Shown: positions 1 through 10,557, counted from the first letter of the stretch. The stretch is DNA of 64,000 nt from Candidatus Sericytochromatia bacterium (GCA_035284745.1 JAYKIL010000031.1:37201-101200), one strand, 5' to 3'. The notes: generated from the letters alone by a model not told the origin. Numbers and translations: made by a program.

Positions 1-199
1 AATGGCACCTGCTGGAAAGCTAGAGCGTCAACTGAAACACGCGGAACGCCTGGGTGCACGGTTTGCTGTGCTGTTGGGAGAGGACGAACTGGCGGCAGAG
101 CAGGTTGTCCTCAAGGACCTGGCAGCACGAACGCAGCAGCGTTGCTCGATACAGGCGAATGATTTGTTGGCTGTAATGCAGACGGCGCGGGGGGAGTAA
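1..199 (+). CDS. hisS: Histidyl-tRNA synthetase, C-terminal anticodon-binding domain (5' partial)
   Basis: KLERQLKHAERLGARFAVLLGEDE...VVLKDL matches the HisRS C-terminal motif; truncated by the window edge; TAATG overlap with the next gene. Confidence 0.85.
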   Translation, partial: MAPAGKLERQLKHAERLGARFAVLLGEDELAAEQVVLKDLAARTQQRCSIQANDLLAVMQTARGE

Positions 200-864
200 T
201 GCAAAAAAAATTTGTGGTGGTCGCCGGAAACATAGGAAGTGGAAAGACCACTCTGACTCGCTATTTATCTCGTCATTTGGGGTTTATTCCAAATTACGAA
301 TCGGTCGATGGCAATCCCTACCTCGTAGATTTTTATCAGGATATGCAGCGGTGGAGTTTTCCACTCCAGATTTATTTCCTGGGTAAGCGTTTTGAGAGCC
401 ATCGGCAGATTGTTGAAGGAAGCGACAGCGTGATCCAGGACCGCTCTGTATACGAAGATTGTGCGATTTTTGCGGAGAACCTTCGGCGCAATGGGCAGAT
501 GACCGAACGTGATTTTGCAAATTACCGCCAGATTTACGAAATCATGGGAAAGTTCTTTCGGCCACCCGACCTCGTCATTTATCTGAAGGCGAGTCTTCCG
601 ACGCTTCAGAAACGTATCGCCCGACGCGGGCGCGACTATGAGGCTGAGATTCCGATGGATTATCTGACTCAACTCAATGGCCTCTATGACGAGTGGATCG
701 ATCAGTGGCGGCTATCGCCGGTTCTGACACTGCCGGCGGACGAATTAGACTTTGTGCACAATAGTGTTGACTGCTGTAACATCTATGACTTGGTGGAGAC
801 GGCGTTGGACTTACCGCCCACGCTTCCCGGGCTGTTTCCTCGGCCAGAGATAGCGAGCATCTAG
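199..864 (+). CDS. Deoxynucleoside kinase (dCK/dGK family)
   Basis: P-loop AGNIGSGKTT, DRSVYED motif, RIARRGRDYE lid. Confidence 0.92.
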   Translation: MQKKFVVVAGNIGSGKTTLTRYLSRHLGFIPNYESVDGNPYLVDFYQDMQRWSFPLQIYFLGKRFESHRQIVEGSDSVIQDRSVYEDCAIFAENLRRNGQMTERDFANYRQIYEIMGKFFRPPDLVIYLKASLPTLQKRIARRGRDYEAEIPMDYLTQLNGLYDEWIDQWRLSPVLTLPADELDFVHNSVDCCNIYDLVETALDLPPTLPGLFPRPEIASI

Positions 865-923
865 TGCTTTCAACGCTTGGTGAAACGATTGACTCGTCAA
901 GCTGCCAGCAGAAGGTTGCCTGA

Positions 924-1640
924 ATGGATCTTGCTCTGACTTTGAACGGTGTCACCTTGGACGCGGTTCTCAAGATCATTGTCATTGACCTGGTCTTGTC
1001 GGGTGACAATGCCGTGGTTATTGCGATGGCGGTGAGGCGCTTGCCTCCACGAATTGCCCGCAGAGCGGCCATTATCGGAGCGGCAGGGGCTGTGATACTC
1101 CGCATCCTCTTTGCTGCGCTGGCTGCGTTCTTGTTGGTTGTTCCCTACTTGCAGGCAGTGGGGGGGCTGATGCTTTTCTGGATTGCCTACAAACTCTTAA
1201 TTGAGGATGGGGACGACCAGGAGATTGAAGAGGTTCAAGGCTTTTGGCAAGCCGTTCGCGTGATTGTGTGGGCTGACCTGGTCATGAGTTTGGACAACAT
1301 CCTTGCCGTCGGTGGGGCGGCGCACGGAAACCTCGTATTGCTCGTTTTTGGATTGGCGCTCAGCATCCCGATCGTGCTGTTTGGGAGTCAAATTTTGACA
1401 GGATTGTTGCACCGTTGGCCCGCTCTGGCCTACGCAGGTGCGGGTGTCTTGGCGTGGACAGCGGGAGAAATGCTTTTGCATGACGCCAAGGTTTCCCCGT
1501 GGGTCGCTGGGGTGCCGGGTTTGGAGAGGGTGGCCCTTGTTTCCACCACCTGCTTGGTTCTGTTGGCCGGTTATCTGATGAAAAGAAAGCTCAAACGAAC
1601 CGACGGCGACGCGCTACCCTCGGGTGACTCCGCGTCGTAG
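924..1640 (+). CDS. TerC/YjbE family membrane protein
   Basis: DLVLSGDNAVVIA and ADLVMSLDNILAV signature motifs, multiple TM helices. Confidence 0.92.
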   Translation: MDLALTLNGVTLDAVLKIIVIDLVLSGDNAVVIAMAVRRLPPRIARRAAIIGAAGAVILRILFAALAAFLLVVPYLQAVGGLMLFWIAYKLLIEDGDDQEIEEVQGFWQAVRVIVWADLVMSLDNILAVGGAAHGNLVLLVFGLALSIPIVLFGSQILTGLLHRWPALAYAGAGVLAWTAGEMLLHDAKVSPWVAGVPGLERVALVSTTCLVLLAGYLMKRKLKRTDGDALPSGDSAS

Positions 1641-1649
1641 CGGAAAGAT

Positions 1650-3236
1650 CTACCACCAAGACAGACGAAATTTATCGAAAGCTCGGACCGCGGCGACGAT
1701 GCATTTGTCTTGGAAGTTTGCTTTGCTGGCTGGCTTGGCTCTTTCATCCCAGTCCTTCTGAAACATCAACTCAAGTTTTTCAACCACACGCGGGCTCTTC
1801 AGGTCGAGGTTGGTTTCGCGAAAGGTGGTGAAGGCTTGCTGGGTGAAATTGGTTGATCCCACCATGGCGCGTTCGCCATCAAAAAGGGCGAGTTTCATGT
1901 GTAGCTCTTGGTCCGCGAGTTGAGGGACGTACCACTTGGTCGGAACGCCGGCTTGGTGTAGCAGACTCACTGTCAATAAGTTGGGTGTTCCGTACAGGCG
2001 CAGATTTTTAAAGGCGTCCAGATATTTGTGGTAGTTCGCATTGCGATCAGCAAGAACTCTGACCGCGACGCCGCGTTGATACGCTTGTATGAGCGCTTGC
2101 GCCACATCCACATCGCCAAACTCAAAAATTGCGATGTCGACACTTTTCTTACTCTCCTCAATGGCCTCGATGAGCAGTGTTTTGGTGTCTTGTTGGTCAA
2201 TATCTGTTTTTGTGACCCTTGCTGTCGCGTTGGGCGGGGCGGCAAGAGCAGCACCCTCGCCCAATTTCAGCAAGTGATAGTTTTGGGGAACCGGGGTTTG
2301 GGATGGCGAAAACACGGGGGGTTTCGAGCCACGCAGCTGCCAGGTGGCTGAGTGGATGGCAGCGAGTTCGTGGGCCACGTCCCCTTGTACTTTCACGTAA
2401 ACATCGTGGTTCATCACCCCGAGATCGATGAGATTCATCGTTCCGACCATCGCGGTGCGGCGATCAACGATGAGAAACTTGTTATGGTCGATTTGAAAAC
2501 GATTGGCGAGGGGGTGCCCCCTGCGTCGGGGCATGTATGCCAAAGGGTAGCTCCGCACCTGAACGCCATGGGCGAGCAAGTAGCGAATCACTGGAACAAT
2601 CTGTGCGTGGGCTGCTCCTGCCAGGCCGTATCCGGGGTCGTGGATGATACGAACATCCAGTCCCTGATGCGACTTTGCGACGAGGAGCTCAGCCAATTTG
2701 AGGCCTTCGCTGCCGCCCAGCAAAAAAAGGTCCATCCAGATTGAGTCTCGCGCCTCTTGGAGTGCTTGGAAGACGGCGGGCATAATCTCGCCTGCATCAA
2801 TATAGACCTCTGCTGTCGCGGGTGTGAACGCCAACGAATGCCTCACTTGGTATTCCTGCTGAGGGGTGACCATGCTGGGCGGCGGCAGCGATTCACCTTT
2901 AGCCCGTTCGTTCGCGACGGCCACCATCGCGGACCAGATTTCGCGAAAAGCCGACCGTTTTTCGCCGGACTCCAGCAAACCGTTTCCGTTGGTGTCGATT
3001 TGCCGCAAGAATTCCGTGGACAATCCGGACGCTTCAGCGGGTAATGGGTGATCCCCCAGGATGCCCGCGAGTTCCTTGCTGGCAAAGGCTTGGGCGTGGA
3101 CCTCTGCTTGTTTCCGGGCTGCTGCGTCGTTTCGGGCGCCCAATGGAGCCGTTACGAAACGAGCGCATCCTGTAGTCGTGACGGCCAGCAATAGCGCCAT
3201 CGACATTCTATAAAAGCTCATCACAGGAACCCTCAC
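1650..3236 (-). CDS. Phospholipase D/cardiolipin synthase-like lipoprotein with an EF-hand-like loop
   Basis: Two HKD motifs (HNKFLIVD, HMKLALFD), lipobox-like TTTGC, loop DTNGNGLLESGE; start may be a downstream Met. Confidence 0.85.
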   Translation of the reverse strand: MRVPVMSFYRMSMALLLAVTTTGCARFVTAPLGARNDAAARKQAEVHAQAFASKELAGILGDHPLPAEASGLSTEFLRQIDTNGNGLLESGEKRSAFREIWSAMVAVANERAKGESLPPPSMVTPQQEYQVRHSLAFTPATAEVYIDAGEIMPAVFQALQEARDSIWMDLFLLGGSEGLKLAELLVAKSHQGLDVRIIHDPGYGLAGAAHAQIVPVIRYLLAHGVQVRSYPLAYMPRRRGHPLANRFQIDHNKFLIVDRRTAMVGTMNLIDLGVMNHDVYVKVQGDVAHELAAIHSATWQLRGSKPPVFSPSQTPVPQNYHLLKLGEGAALAAPPNATARVTKTDIDQQDTKTLLIEAIEESKKSVDIAIFEFGDVDVAQALIQAYQRGVAVRVLADRNANYHKYLDAFKNLRLYGTPNLLTVSLLHQAGVPTKWYVPQLADQELHMKLALFDGERAMVGSTNFTQQAFTTFRETNLDLKSPRVVEKLELMFQKDWDERAKPASKANFQDKCIVAAVRAFDKFRLSWW

Positions 3237-3684
3237 GACTTTCCGAACGATGTGTTCTTTTTATCACTGCTCCGCTGGCCCTCCCTTTCGAAATGGAAAA
3301 ATATTTAATGTTTTATTAGTTTTTCTTTTATGTTGGAGTGCGTGCCCCCCCGGGGGGGGCTCTTATATACCGATGGATGTGGCACCCGGATGGGAGAAGT
3401 CAAAACTTAACCTTGAAAATGAAATTTAAACGCGTGGGTCAGTTTTTTTCCGTCACGGCGGAGTTTGACCCCGCTCGGCCTTTGGACCCGCTGGTCGTTT
3501 TTTGTAACGCAATATTTCGAATGAAGGCTTTTGAACTGGCCTCGCGAGGCGGTTTTTTTTACTTAAAAATTGGGTGACAACAATAAATATGGCTTCTTGA
3601 ACGGTGCGGATTTTGGTGGAATCTTCACGGGTTGATCAAAGTGTTATGTATAGTGTTTTGGATCACGGAAACTTTCAAAAGGGA

Positions 3685-3713
3685 TTGCTTTCGCCTGTTC
3701 GCTCCCGTATAAT
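3685..3713 (+). promoter_or_regulatory. Sigma70-type promoter of nrdJ
   Basis: TTGCTT-N17-TATAAT, ~165 nt upstream of the nrdJ ATG. Confidence 0.7.
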
Positions 3714-3879
3714 TCCCCAACGACATTCGGGTTCGAGATCAAGGCGCCATCAGTGTTTGACTGTCATACGAGCAGCCTGAACTCACAACAGTTTTTACCG
3801 TAAGTCTTCGGGGAAGACCTCCGGTTGCCTCGTTTCCTTCACTCTTGAGCCCATTTTTTTTGAGGAGATTTCCCAGATT

Positions 3880-6291
3880 ATGTTGAGCAAGAACGCCGTC
3901 ACGGTTCTTGAGAAGCGCTACCTGTTGAAGGACGAGCAAGGGAAACTCGCGGAGTCCCCGGAGGGACTGTTCCGCCGGGTCGCCCGTGCCCTCGCAGAAC
4001 CGGATCGCTTGTATGGTGCCACCGAAGAGCAAGTTGCGAAAACGGCGCAAACGTTCTTTGAGTTGACTCACGGTTTGGACTTTTTACCAAACTCGCCGAC
4101 TTTAGCGAATGCCGGCACGCGTACGGGACAACTCTCCGCTTGCTTCGTTCTGCCCGTTCCCGATGACTTGGGTGGCATCTTTGAAAGCATCAAACACGCG
4201 GCCCTGATTCATCAGACGGGGGGAGGCACAGGTTTTTCATTCTCTCGTCTGCGCCCGAAGAACGACTTGGTCCAGAGCACCAAGGGGGTGTCCTCGGGCC
4301 CGGTATCTTTCATGGACGTGTTCAATGCCGCCACGGAGAGCATCAAACAGGGCGGGATGAGACGTGGCGCCAACATGGGCATTCTGCGGGTTGATCATCC
4401 AGATATTCTGGACTTTGTCGCGCACAAGGAAGACCTGACCAAGCTCACGAACTTTAATATTTCGGTTGCGGTGACCGATGCCTTCATGAACGCGGTGGCC
4501 GCTGGCACGGAGTACGACCTCTACAATCCCCGGACCGGAGAGGTGGTATCCCGGTTGGATGCGCGCAGTGTATTCAAACAGGTCGTTCAACGGGCTTGGA
4601 GCACGGGAGAACCAGGGGTGGTATTCATCGACCGGATGAATGAGTATTGTCCGGTTCCTTGGATTGGTAAGTACGAGGCCACCAACCCGTGTGGTGAGCA
4701 ACCACTGATTCCTTTTGAATCTTGCAACCTGGGTTCCGTGAACCTTGAGCAATTTGTGGCAGAATCTCCGACCGGTCCCGTTGTGGATTGGGCGCGTCTG
4801 CGTCAAGTTGTGCATGCCGCCACGCACCTTCTTGACAACGTCATCGACGCGAACCGATACCCGATTCCTGAAATTCGGGATGTGACCCACGCGACCCGAA
4901 AAATTGGACTGGGCGTGATGGGTTATGCCCGGATGCTGTTTAAGCTCGGCGTAGGCTATGGTTCCCCAGAAAGCCTCCAATTGGCAGAGCATCTGATGAG
5001 TTTCATTGACTTCGAATCAAAAGTGAAGAGTGTGGAGTTGGCGAAAACTCGTGGGGCGTTCCCTGCCCGGGCGGGTCACGAGGCCGAGTCAAATGCTATC
5101 TTCGAGCGCATGTTCGCAGAGCGTGCGGCGCGCCCGGGCCGCCACCCTGAGGCTCGGTACCAGGAACTTTGGACGGAGGTGGCGAAGCACGGATTGCGCA
5201 ACTCCACGACCACGACGGTGGCACCCACGGGCACGCTGTCAATCATTGCGGATACGTCGGGGGGCTGTGAGCCGGTTTTTGCCTTGGCATTTAAACGCTG
5301 GCAGGCAGATACGCACATGGTCGATGTGGATGGTGTCTTCCTCGAATACGCGAAGGCGAAGGGTTTCTACACGCCTGAGTTGATGGAGGCGATCGACGTC
5401 AACCACGGAAGCTTGATTGGTTTGGCGGGGCATCCATTGCCTGATGTGGCCCTCAACATTTTCAAAACGGCGCACGACATCACGCCCGAGGAGCACGTTC
5501 GCACACAGGCCGCGTTCCAGCATTACAATGATTCCGCCACTTCCAAGACCATCAACTTCCCGGAACAAGCCACGGTCGAGGATGTGGAAACGGCCTACCT
5601 TCTCGCTTATCAGACAGGATGCAAGGGTATTACCGTTTACCGAAACAATTCCAGGCAGTTCCAGCCTTTGTCTGTGTCTTCGGCTCCCGCAGCACCTGCT
5701 GTGGCTCCGGAAGCAGCGGGCGATACGTCGACCGAAGGGGTCGCTTTGGTTTTGGGCAAGGCCCGCCCACGTCCTGAGGACCTGTATGGTTTCACGCGGA
5801 CCACGCAGACCGGAGACGGTAAACTCTACACCACGGTGAATTACGACGAATATGGCATTCGTGAGGTCGTAACCAACATCGGCCGTTCGGGTGGCACCCT
5901 CTTCAGTCTTTCGGAGGCTATCGGGCGCTTGATTAGTCTGTCCTTGCAGCACAACGTGCCTGTAGACGAAATCTCTCGCAGTCTGATTGGAATTCGGGGC
6001 GCCAATCCCTATGGGTTTGGGGCGTCTCAGATTCTGAGCATCCCGGATGCCATTGGGAAGGTTCTGAAGGACAGCCCCCGGAAGTTAGGTCAGGTTCTTG
6101 CGGCGCAACCTTCGACGCTTCAAGTGGCAGCTTCCGTCGCGGCCGGTTCTCGTTCGTCTGTGGAGCGATACGGGCCGGATGCCGTGCATATTTTCGGTGA
6201 AAGCCCTGAGTGCCCGGAATGCGGCAGTGGGTTAGAGTTCGGCGAGGGTTGTGTGACATGCCGCGGATGCGGTTACTCTCGCTGTGGCTAG
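3880..6291 (+). CDS. nrdJ: Class II (adenosylcobalamin-dependent) ribonucleotide reductase with C-terminal TSCPD-like domain and Zn ribbon
   Basis: FLPNSPTL, QLSACFV, ATNPCGEQ, CNLGSVNL, APTGTLS, KGITVYR, C-terminal CPECG...CRGCGYSRCG; GAGGAG RBS. Confidence 0.95.
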   Translation: MLSKNAVTVLEKRYLLKDEQGKLAESPEGLFRRVARALAEPDRLYGATEEQVAKTAQTFFELTHGLDFLPNSPTLANAGTRTGQLSACFVLPVPDDLGGIFESIKHAALIHQTGGGTGFSFSRLRPKNDLVQSTKGVSSGPVSFMDVFNAATESIKQGGMRRGANMGILRVDHPDILDFVAHKEDLTKLTNFNISVAVTDAFMNAVAAGTEYDLYNPRTGEVVSRLDARSVFKQVVQRAWSTGEPGVVFIDRMNEYCPVPWIGKYEATNPCGEQPLIPFESCNLGSVNLEQFVAESPTGPVVDWARLRQVVHAATHLLDNVIDANRYPIPEIRDVTHATRKIGLGVMGYARMLFKLGVGYGSPESLQLAEHLMSFIDFESKVKSVELAKTRGAFPARAGHEAESNAIFERMFAERAARPGRHPEARYQELWTEVAKHGLRNSTTTTVAPTGTLSIIADTSGGCEPVFALAFKRWQADTHMVDVDGVFLEYAKAKGFYTPELMEAIDVNHGSLIGLAGHPLPDVALNIFKTAHDITPEEHVRTQAAFQHYNDSATSKTINFPEQATVEDVETAYLLAYQTGCKGITVYRNNSRQFQPLSVSSAPAAPAVAPEAAGDTSTEGVALVLGKARPRPEDLYGFTRTTQTGDGKLYTTVNYDEYGIREVVTNIGRSGGTLFSLSEAIGRLISLSLQHNVPVDEISRSLIGIRGANPYGFGASQILSIPDAIGKVLKDSPRKLGQVLAAQPSTLQVAASVAAGSRSSVERYGPDAVHIFGESPECPECGSGLEFGEGCVTCRGCGYSRCG

Positions 6292-6320
6292 AACTTAGGT
6301 ATATCCACGTTTTTGGTTTT

Positions 6321-6350
6321 TCCCCTCGGCCTTTTGACCGGGGGGATTTT
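6321..6350 (+). terminator. Rho-independent terminator after nrdJ
   Basis: 9-bp stem TCCCCTCGG/CCGGGGGGA followed by TTTT. Confidence 0.55.
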
Positions 6351-6542
6351 GTTGAAATGCCTGTGAAGCCCCTGATCACGCGGATGCGGATGTAAAAAAT
6401 TCTCTCATAAGCATGTCAAAAAACGCTTGCGTCCCCGCAGGCCCCATGCTAACTTGATCTTCGTTAGGGATATGGGCTGTATGCCCCGCAGAGTCCGACA
6501 TACGGCCTGCCTGAATGCCGCCCGTGAGTAAGGAGTACCGTT

Positions 6543-6848
6543 TTGAACAAAGAAGAACTCGTCAACGCGGTTGCAGCGAAGACCAAACTGTCGAAGAAGG
6601 ATACCGAATCGACCATCAACGCCACCATTGATGCGGTGACGGCCGCTCTGGCCAAGGGTGATAAAGTGACCCTGGTTGGCTTCGGAACCTTCCAGGTTCG
6701 CGAGCGTGCTGCGCGCGAAGGGCGTAATCCTCGCACAGGTGCGGTGCTCAAGATTTCTGCGAAGAAGGCTCCAGCCTTCACTGCTGGTAAGGGTCTGAAA
6801 GAAACCGTTGCGGGCGCGAAGAAAAAAGTCGCCGCGGGCAAGAAGTAA
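6543..6848 (+). CDS. hup: DNA-binding protein HU
   Basis: MNKEELV...GFGTF...GRNPRTG...PAFTAGKGLK; TTG start with AAGGAG RBS. Confidence 0.96.
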   Translation: MNKEELVNAVAAKTKLSKKDTESTINATIDAVTAALAKGDKVTLVGFGTFQVRERAAREGRNPRTGAVLKISAKKAPAFTAGKGLKETVAGAKKKVAAGKK

Positions 6849-6861
6849 ACATCTTTCGCTT

Positions 6862-6900
6862 AAGAAAACCCCTCGGACCAAGTCCGAGGGGTTTTCTTTT
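6862..6900. terminator. Bidirectional terminator between hup and the convergent glycoside hydrolase gene
   Basis: Perfect 17-bp inverted repeat AAGAAAACCCCTCGGAC-caa-GTCCGAGGGGTTTTCTT, with A- and T-rich outer arms. Confidence 0.9.
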
Positions 6901-6911
6901 AGGTGTTTGCT

Positions 6912-9014
6912 TTAACGCTCGATTTCGAGAATTGTGACACTCGATTTCGGAAACGTGTAATTATCCAGCGAGCCCACCGGCCGCGTTGTCACGCTCGCAT
7001 TGGGAGCGTTCCATCCTTGAGGATCGCTGAGTGTGTGGCTTGTGATGCGTGTCGGAGTGAATCCCACCGAGACGCGGGCAGGAATATCTGCATCGTCGAG
7101 GCGGTGAATGACCATCAGAAAGACCTTGTTGCCAGAGGTGGCCGCAGAGTATGCCAGTTTCGGCAACGTGACATTGGTGGCGGCCCCGGCGACTGTCGCG
7201 GTGGGAATCTGATTGCCCGAGCTTGAAACGATTTGATCACCCCAATGCTCAGCAAGCATTTTTTGGAACTTGAAAATAGGCGTCGTGTTGTTAGGGTCGT
7301 TATTAAAGAAGAATGCTGCATCGGCAAGCTCTTTGTGGTCGAAGCAGAACTCGACGCTGGTGAGCAGGTTCAAATTAAATGATAGGTTGAGGGTGTCTGC
7401 GGCGTACAGGGCTCCGAACAAACCCCGAGAGCGCAACGCGTCACTATACATGTGGGTGAAAAACTCGGTATTTGCGATACGTATATCTCGACCGCCGCCG
7501 TATTGACGAATTGCCGGGATGATTTCGTTAGAAAGTTTCTGGCGGTTCCATTCATTCTGAGCGATAACGGTATTGAGGTCTCCGTTGCGGTGCAGGGGCC
7601 ACGATGGATAACCGTGATAAATCAGGAAGTCCACTTGGTCGCCCATTATTTGTAAGATGTTTTTTACCGTTGTGGTCCCTCCCGACCATCCGTTGCCCAA
7701 CCAATTGGAATTGATCGAGGCCACTGCACCTATCTGAATCGGGACGTCTGAATTTGCGCGCATTTGCTGCGCAAATAGTTTGGCGCGTTGAGCGTAGACC
7801 GTTTCGTTCGGGGCGAATTCGTTGTGCCCTCTTACCATCGACCACGGGATCTCATTGCCAATCTCGAACATTCGAACATTCTGCTGGGCGATGGGGTAGC
7901 GTGAGCGGTTTGGGTCGCTCATCTTGTTCAGGTAACCCACGTAACGACCCGCTTCTTCGGGGTTGCTGGTTCCGTAATTGACGACGTGCATCTGGTCGGC
8001 ACCGAGTACGTTTGCTTCTTGAATCCCGTTGCGTACGTCGTCGTAGGGATAGCCTCCATTTTTCCCCCACACGCTCTCGAAATGAAATCCTGTCATGTAA
8101 CTGTAGTCGTACCGGCCGTCGGTGGGCCCGTGACCGATGCGGTACAGGTATTTGCGATCGCCCCATTGGGGGGTCAATTCGCGCATTTTTTGGAGCTTCG
8201 CTGCCCCGTTGGGGAAGTCGCTTGTGACGTGGTTTCGATTGGTTCCCAGAAGTCTGGAGTTGGCCCGATGCAGAATCTTGTCGGGTTCAATGGTGATTAT
8301 GGCGCTTCCTGGCATCCCAGAGGGCATGGCCGTGGGGAGAGGTGTTGGGGAGGCGCTGGGCAGCGGGCTGGGTGATGCGCTAGGAGCAGGCGTCGGTTCG
8401 GGAGTGACACTGGGAGAGGCCACTGGGGTTGTACTCGGAGTGGGGGTCGGTGTCGCTGTTTGACTGCTGACTCCCATCACTTGAAGGTCAAAAACTAAGA
8501 TATGTTGGCGATTATTGGAGAAGAGCAATCGGACATATTGTCCGTTTGTCCTGCTCGGCAAGCGCTTGGTTTCGACATTCCACGTTGTGTTCTTTTGATT
8601 CCACAAAACGGTTTTCCAATATCTCCCATCATTGGAGACTTGAACGCGGTAACTGCCAACAGGGTTGGCCTTGATGGCCAGTTGGTTTAATTGAGACGTG
8701 GCTGCCAATTTCGCGGTGATGCTCGGGTTATACGCGGGTCCGCTGCTCCAGCAGGTGCTCAAGCTGTTATCTATCGCCAGTGGAGCGGCGCTTGGATTGC
8801 TCGAAGCCGTAATGGATGTGACCGGGAGGTTTACGTTGAGCGCACTGTAGCGTCTTGATGCAAGCGCGAGGGAATTGGCGGGGGGGACTTGTGCGTCGGC
8901 ATCCGGCAGCCATTGCAACGGGCCCGACGAATTTGGATTTTGATTTTGTTGGCAGCCAATGACTCCAACCAAGCCGGTTGCCAATATCAACAGAGAAATT
9001 CTGACGGTTTTCAC
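6912..9014 (-). CDS. Lipoprotein: discoidin/CBM32-like domain, Pro/Thr/Ser linker, clan GH-A (GH51-like) glycoside hydrolase
   Basis: Lipobox VIGC; AIDNSLSTCWSS...GQYVRL; PT-rich linker; EIGNE acid/base and IANTEF nucleophile-like motifs; C-terminal FPKSSVTILEI. Confidence 0.7.
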   Translation of the reverse strand: MKTVRISLLILATGLVGVIGCQQNQNPNSSGPLQWLPDADAQVPPANSLALASRRYSALNVNLPVTSITASSNPSAAPLAIDNSLSTCWSSGPAYNPSITAKLAATSQLNQLAIKANPVGSYRVQVSNDGRYWKTVLWNQKNTTWNVETKRLPSRTNGQYVRLLFSNNRQHILVFDLQVMGVSSQTATPTPTPSTTPVASPSVTPEPTPAPSASPSPLPSASPTPLPTAMPSGMPGSAIITIEPDKILHRANSRLLGTNRNHVTSDFPNGAAKLQKMRELTPQWGDRKYLYRIGHGPTDGRYDYSYMTGFHFESVWGKNGGYPYDDVRNGIQEANVLGADQMHVVNYGTSNPEEAGRYVGYLNKMSDPNRSRYPIAQQNVRMFEIGNEIPWSMVRGHNEFAPNETVYAQRAKLFAQQMRANSDVPIQIGAVASINSNWLGNGWSGGTTTVKNILQIMGDQVDFLIYHGYPSWPLHRNGDLNTVIAQNEWNRQKLSNEIIPAIRQYGGGRDIRIANTEFFTHMYSDALRSRGLFGALYAADTLNLSFNLNLLTSVEFCFDHKELADAAFFFNNDPNNTTPIFKFQKMLAEHWGDQIVSSSGNQIPTATVAGAATNVTLPKLAYSAATSGNKVFLMVIHRLDDADIPARVSVGFTPTRITSHTLSDPQGWNAPNASVTTRPVGSLDNYTFPKSSVTILEIER

Positions 9015-9178
9015 GAAGAGGAACTCCTTTTATGAATGGTTAAAACCAGCACCCCGGCGCTGGCCTGAGAGAAACCGAGAACCTCCTACCCGGTTTTATG
9101 TAAACTTATTTGATGCTCATAAAAACTTAACATAATGGATATGGTAGATTGAAACTTCCCTGAAAGGTGCGTTGAGCT

Positions 9179-10510
9179 ATGCCTTTGCCTACACTGGCCG
9201 TCGTTGGTCGTCCCAATGTTGGGAAATCTACGTTTACAAATCGTCTGGTTGGGCGTCGCGAAGCCATTGTGCACGATGAACCCGGCGTAACGCGCGACCG
9301 TCAGTATTTAAAGTCCGACTGGAATGGCCGCGACTTCATTGTGATTGATACCGGTGGTATCGTGCCGGAAGAGCGCCAAGATGAAATTGTTCGTTCGATA
9401 CGTAAGCAGGCCGAGGCCGCTTGTGAGGAGGCCGACATCATTCTCTTTATGGTCGACGCGAAGCAAGGCTTGACGCCTTCAGACGAGGAAATCGCTCAGT
9501 TCTTGCGCTCGGCGAACAAGCCCATTTTTGTTGTCGCCAACAAGGTGGACAACGTTCAAATGGAGATGGAGACCGCAGAATTTTATGAGATGGGTTTGGG
9601 GACTCCCTATGGGGTGAGCTCAGTGCACGGTCTGGGCGTCGGGGATTTGCTCGACGACATTGTGGCGCGTTTTCCGCCGCCCGATGACCTGGCCCCCGGG
9701 GATGAATTGAGGGTCGCTATTGTCGGTCGCCCGAACGTCGGCAAGAGTTCGCTCACGAATTGTTTGCTCGGGCAGGACCGGATGATCGTCTCAGATCTTG
9801 CAGGAACGACCCGTGACGCGATTGATAGTCTTTTGGTCGTCGGGGAAAAGCGTTACATGCTGGTTGATACGGCCGGGATTCGCAAACGATCGAAAGTTGA
9901 CTTTGGTGTGGAGCAATTTTCCGTGGTGAGAGCGCTGAAAGCGATAGAGCGCTCGGATGTTGTGGTTCTGGTCATTGATGCCACCGTGGGTGTGACCGAG
10001 CAGGACCAGCGCATTGCTGGGATGTCTGATGATGCAGGAAAACCTTGTGTTTTGGTTGTCAATAAATGGGACTTGGTTCCGAAGGACACCTACACCATGG
10101 AGCAATTTAAAAAGGTGCTGCGCGACAAACTCCATCACATTGACTATGCGCCGATGATTTTTACTTCCGCGATGACGGGGCAACGCGTGGCGAAAATTTT
10201 GGAGACGGCAGAGGCGGTCTCGCAAGAGGCTCAACGTCGTATCACCACGGGACTCTTGAATCAAGTGATTACTGAAGCCATCGCCCTTAATTCTCCGCCC
10301 ACCAACAAAGGGCGGGGGATGAAAGTGTACTATGCGACCCAGGTGAGGGTTTCGCCCCCAGCCTTTGTTTTGTTTGTGAATGACCCCGGTCTGGTCTCTC
10401 AGTCGTATGGGCGCTATCTCGAGAATAAGTTGCGCGAGGCTTTCGGGTTTTCAGGGACACCCATTCGGGTGGTGTTTCGTGAACGCCGGGAAAAGGATCG
10501 CCATCGTTGA
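9179..10510 (+). CDS. der: Ribosome biogenesis GTPase Der
   Basis: Two GRPNVGKS G-domains plus KH-like C-terminus (FGFSGTPIRV). Confidence 0.98.
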   Translation: MPLPTLAVVGRPNVGKSTFTNRLVGRREAIVHDEPGVTRDRQYLKSDWNGRDFIVIDTGGIVPEERQDEIVRSIRKQAEAACEEADIILFMVDAKQGLTPSDEEIAQFLRSANKPIFVVANKVDNVQMEMETAEFYEMGLGTPYGVSSVHGLGVGDLLDDIVARFPPPDDLAPGDELRVAIVGRPNVGKSSLTNCLLGQDRMIVSDLAGTTRDAIDSLLVVGEKRYMLVDTAGIRKRSKVDFGVEQFSVVRALKAIERSDVVVLVIDATVGVTEQDQRIAGMSDDAGKPCVLVVNKWDLVPKDTYTMEQFKKVLRDKLHHIDYAPMIFTSAMTGQRVAKILETAEAVSQEAQRRITTGLLNQVITEAIALNSPPTNKGRGMKVYYATQVRVSPPAFVLFVNDPGLVSQSYGRYLENKLREAFGFSGTPIRVVFRERREKDRHR

Positions 10511-10557
10511 GCCTCTGGGCGCCAATTTCCCTGGGCATTTCCGAGAGGGTGAAGTAA

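Noticed and set aside
3576-3658. Possible NrdR boxes (caacaataaatatggc; gtgttatgtatagtgt)
   Set aside because: Only half-site matches to acaCwAtATaTwGtgt, and both lie upstream of the -35; a PWM scan would be needed
8320-8460. Repetitive DNA in the GH gene (also near 20000-20140)
   Set aside because: Encodes Pro/Thr/Ser linkers; not a CRISPR array or DNA repeat element
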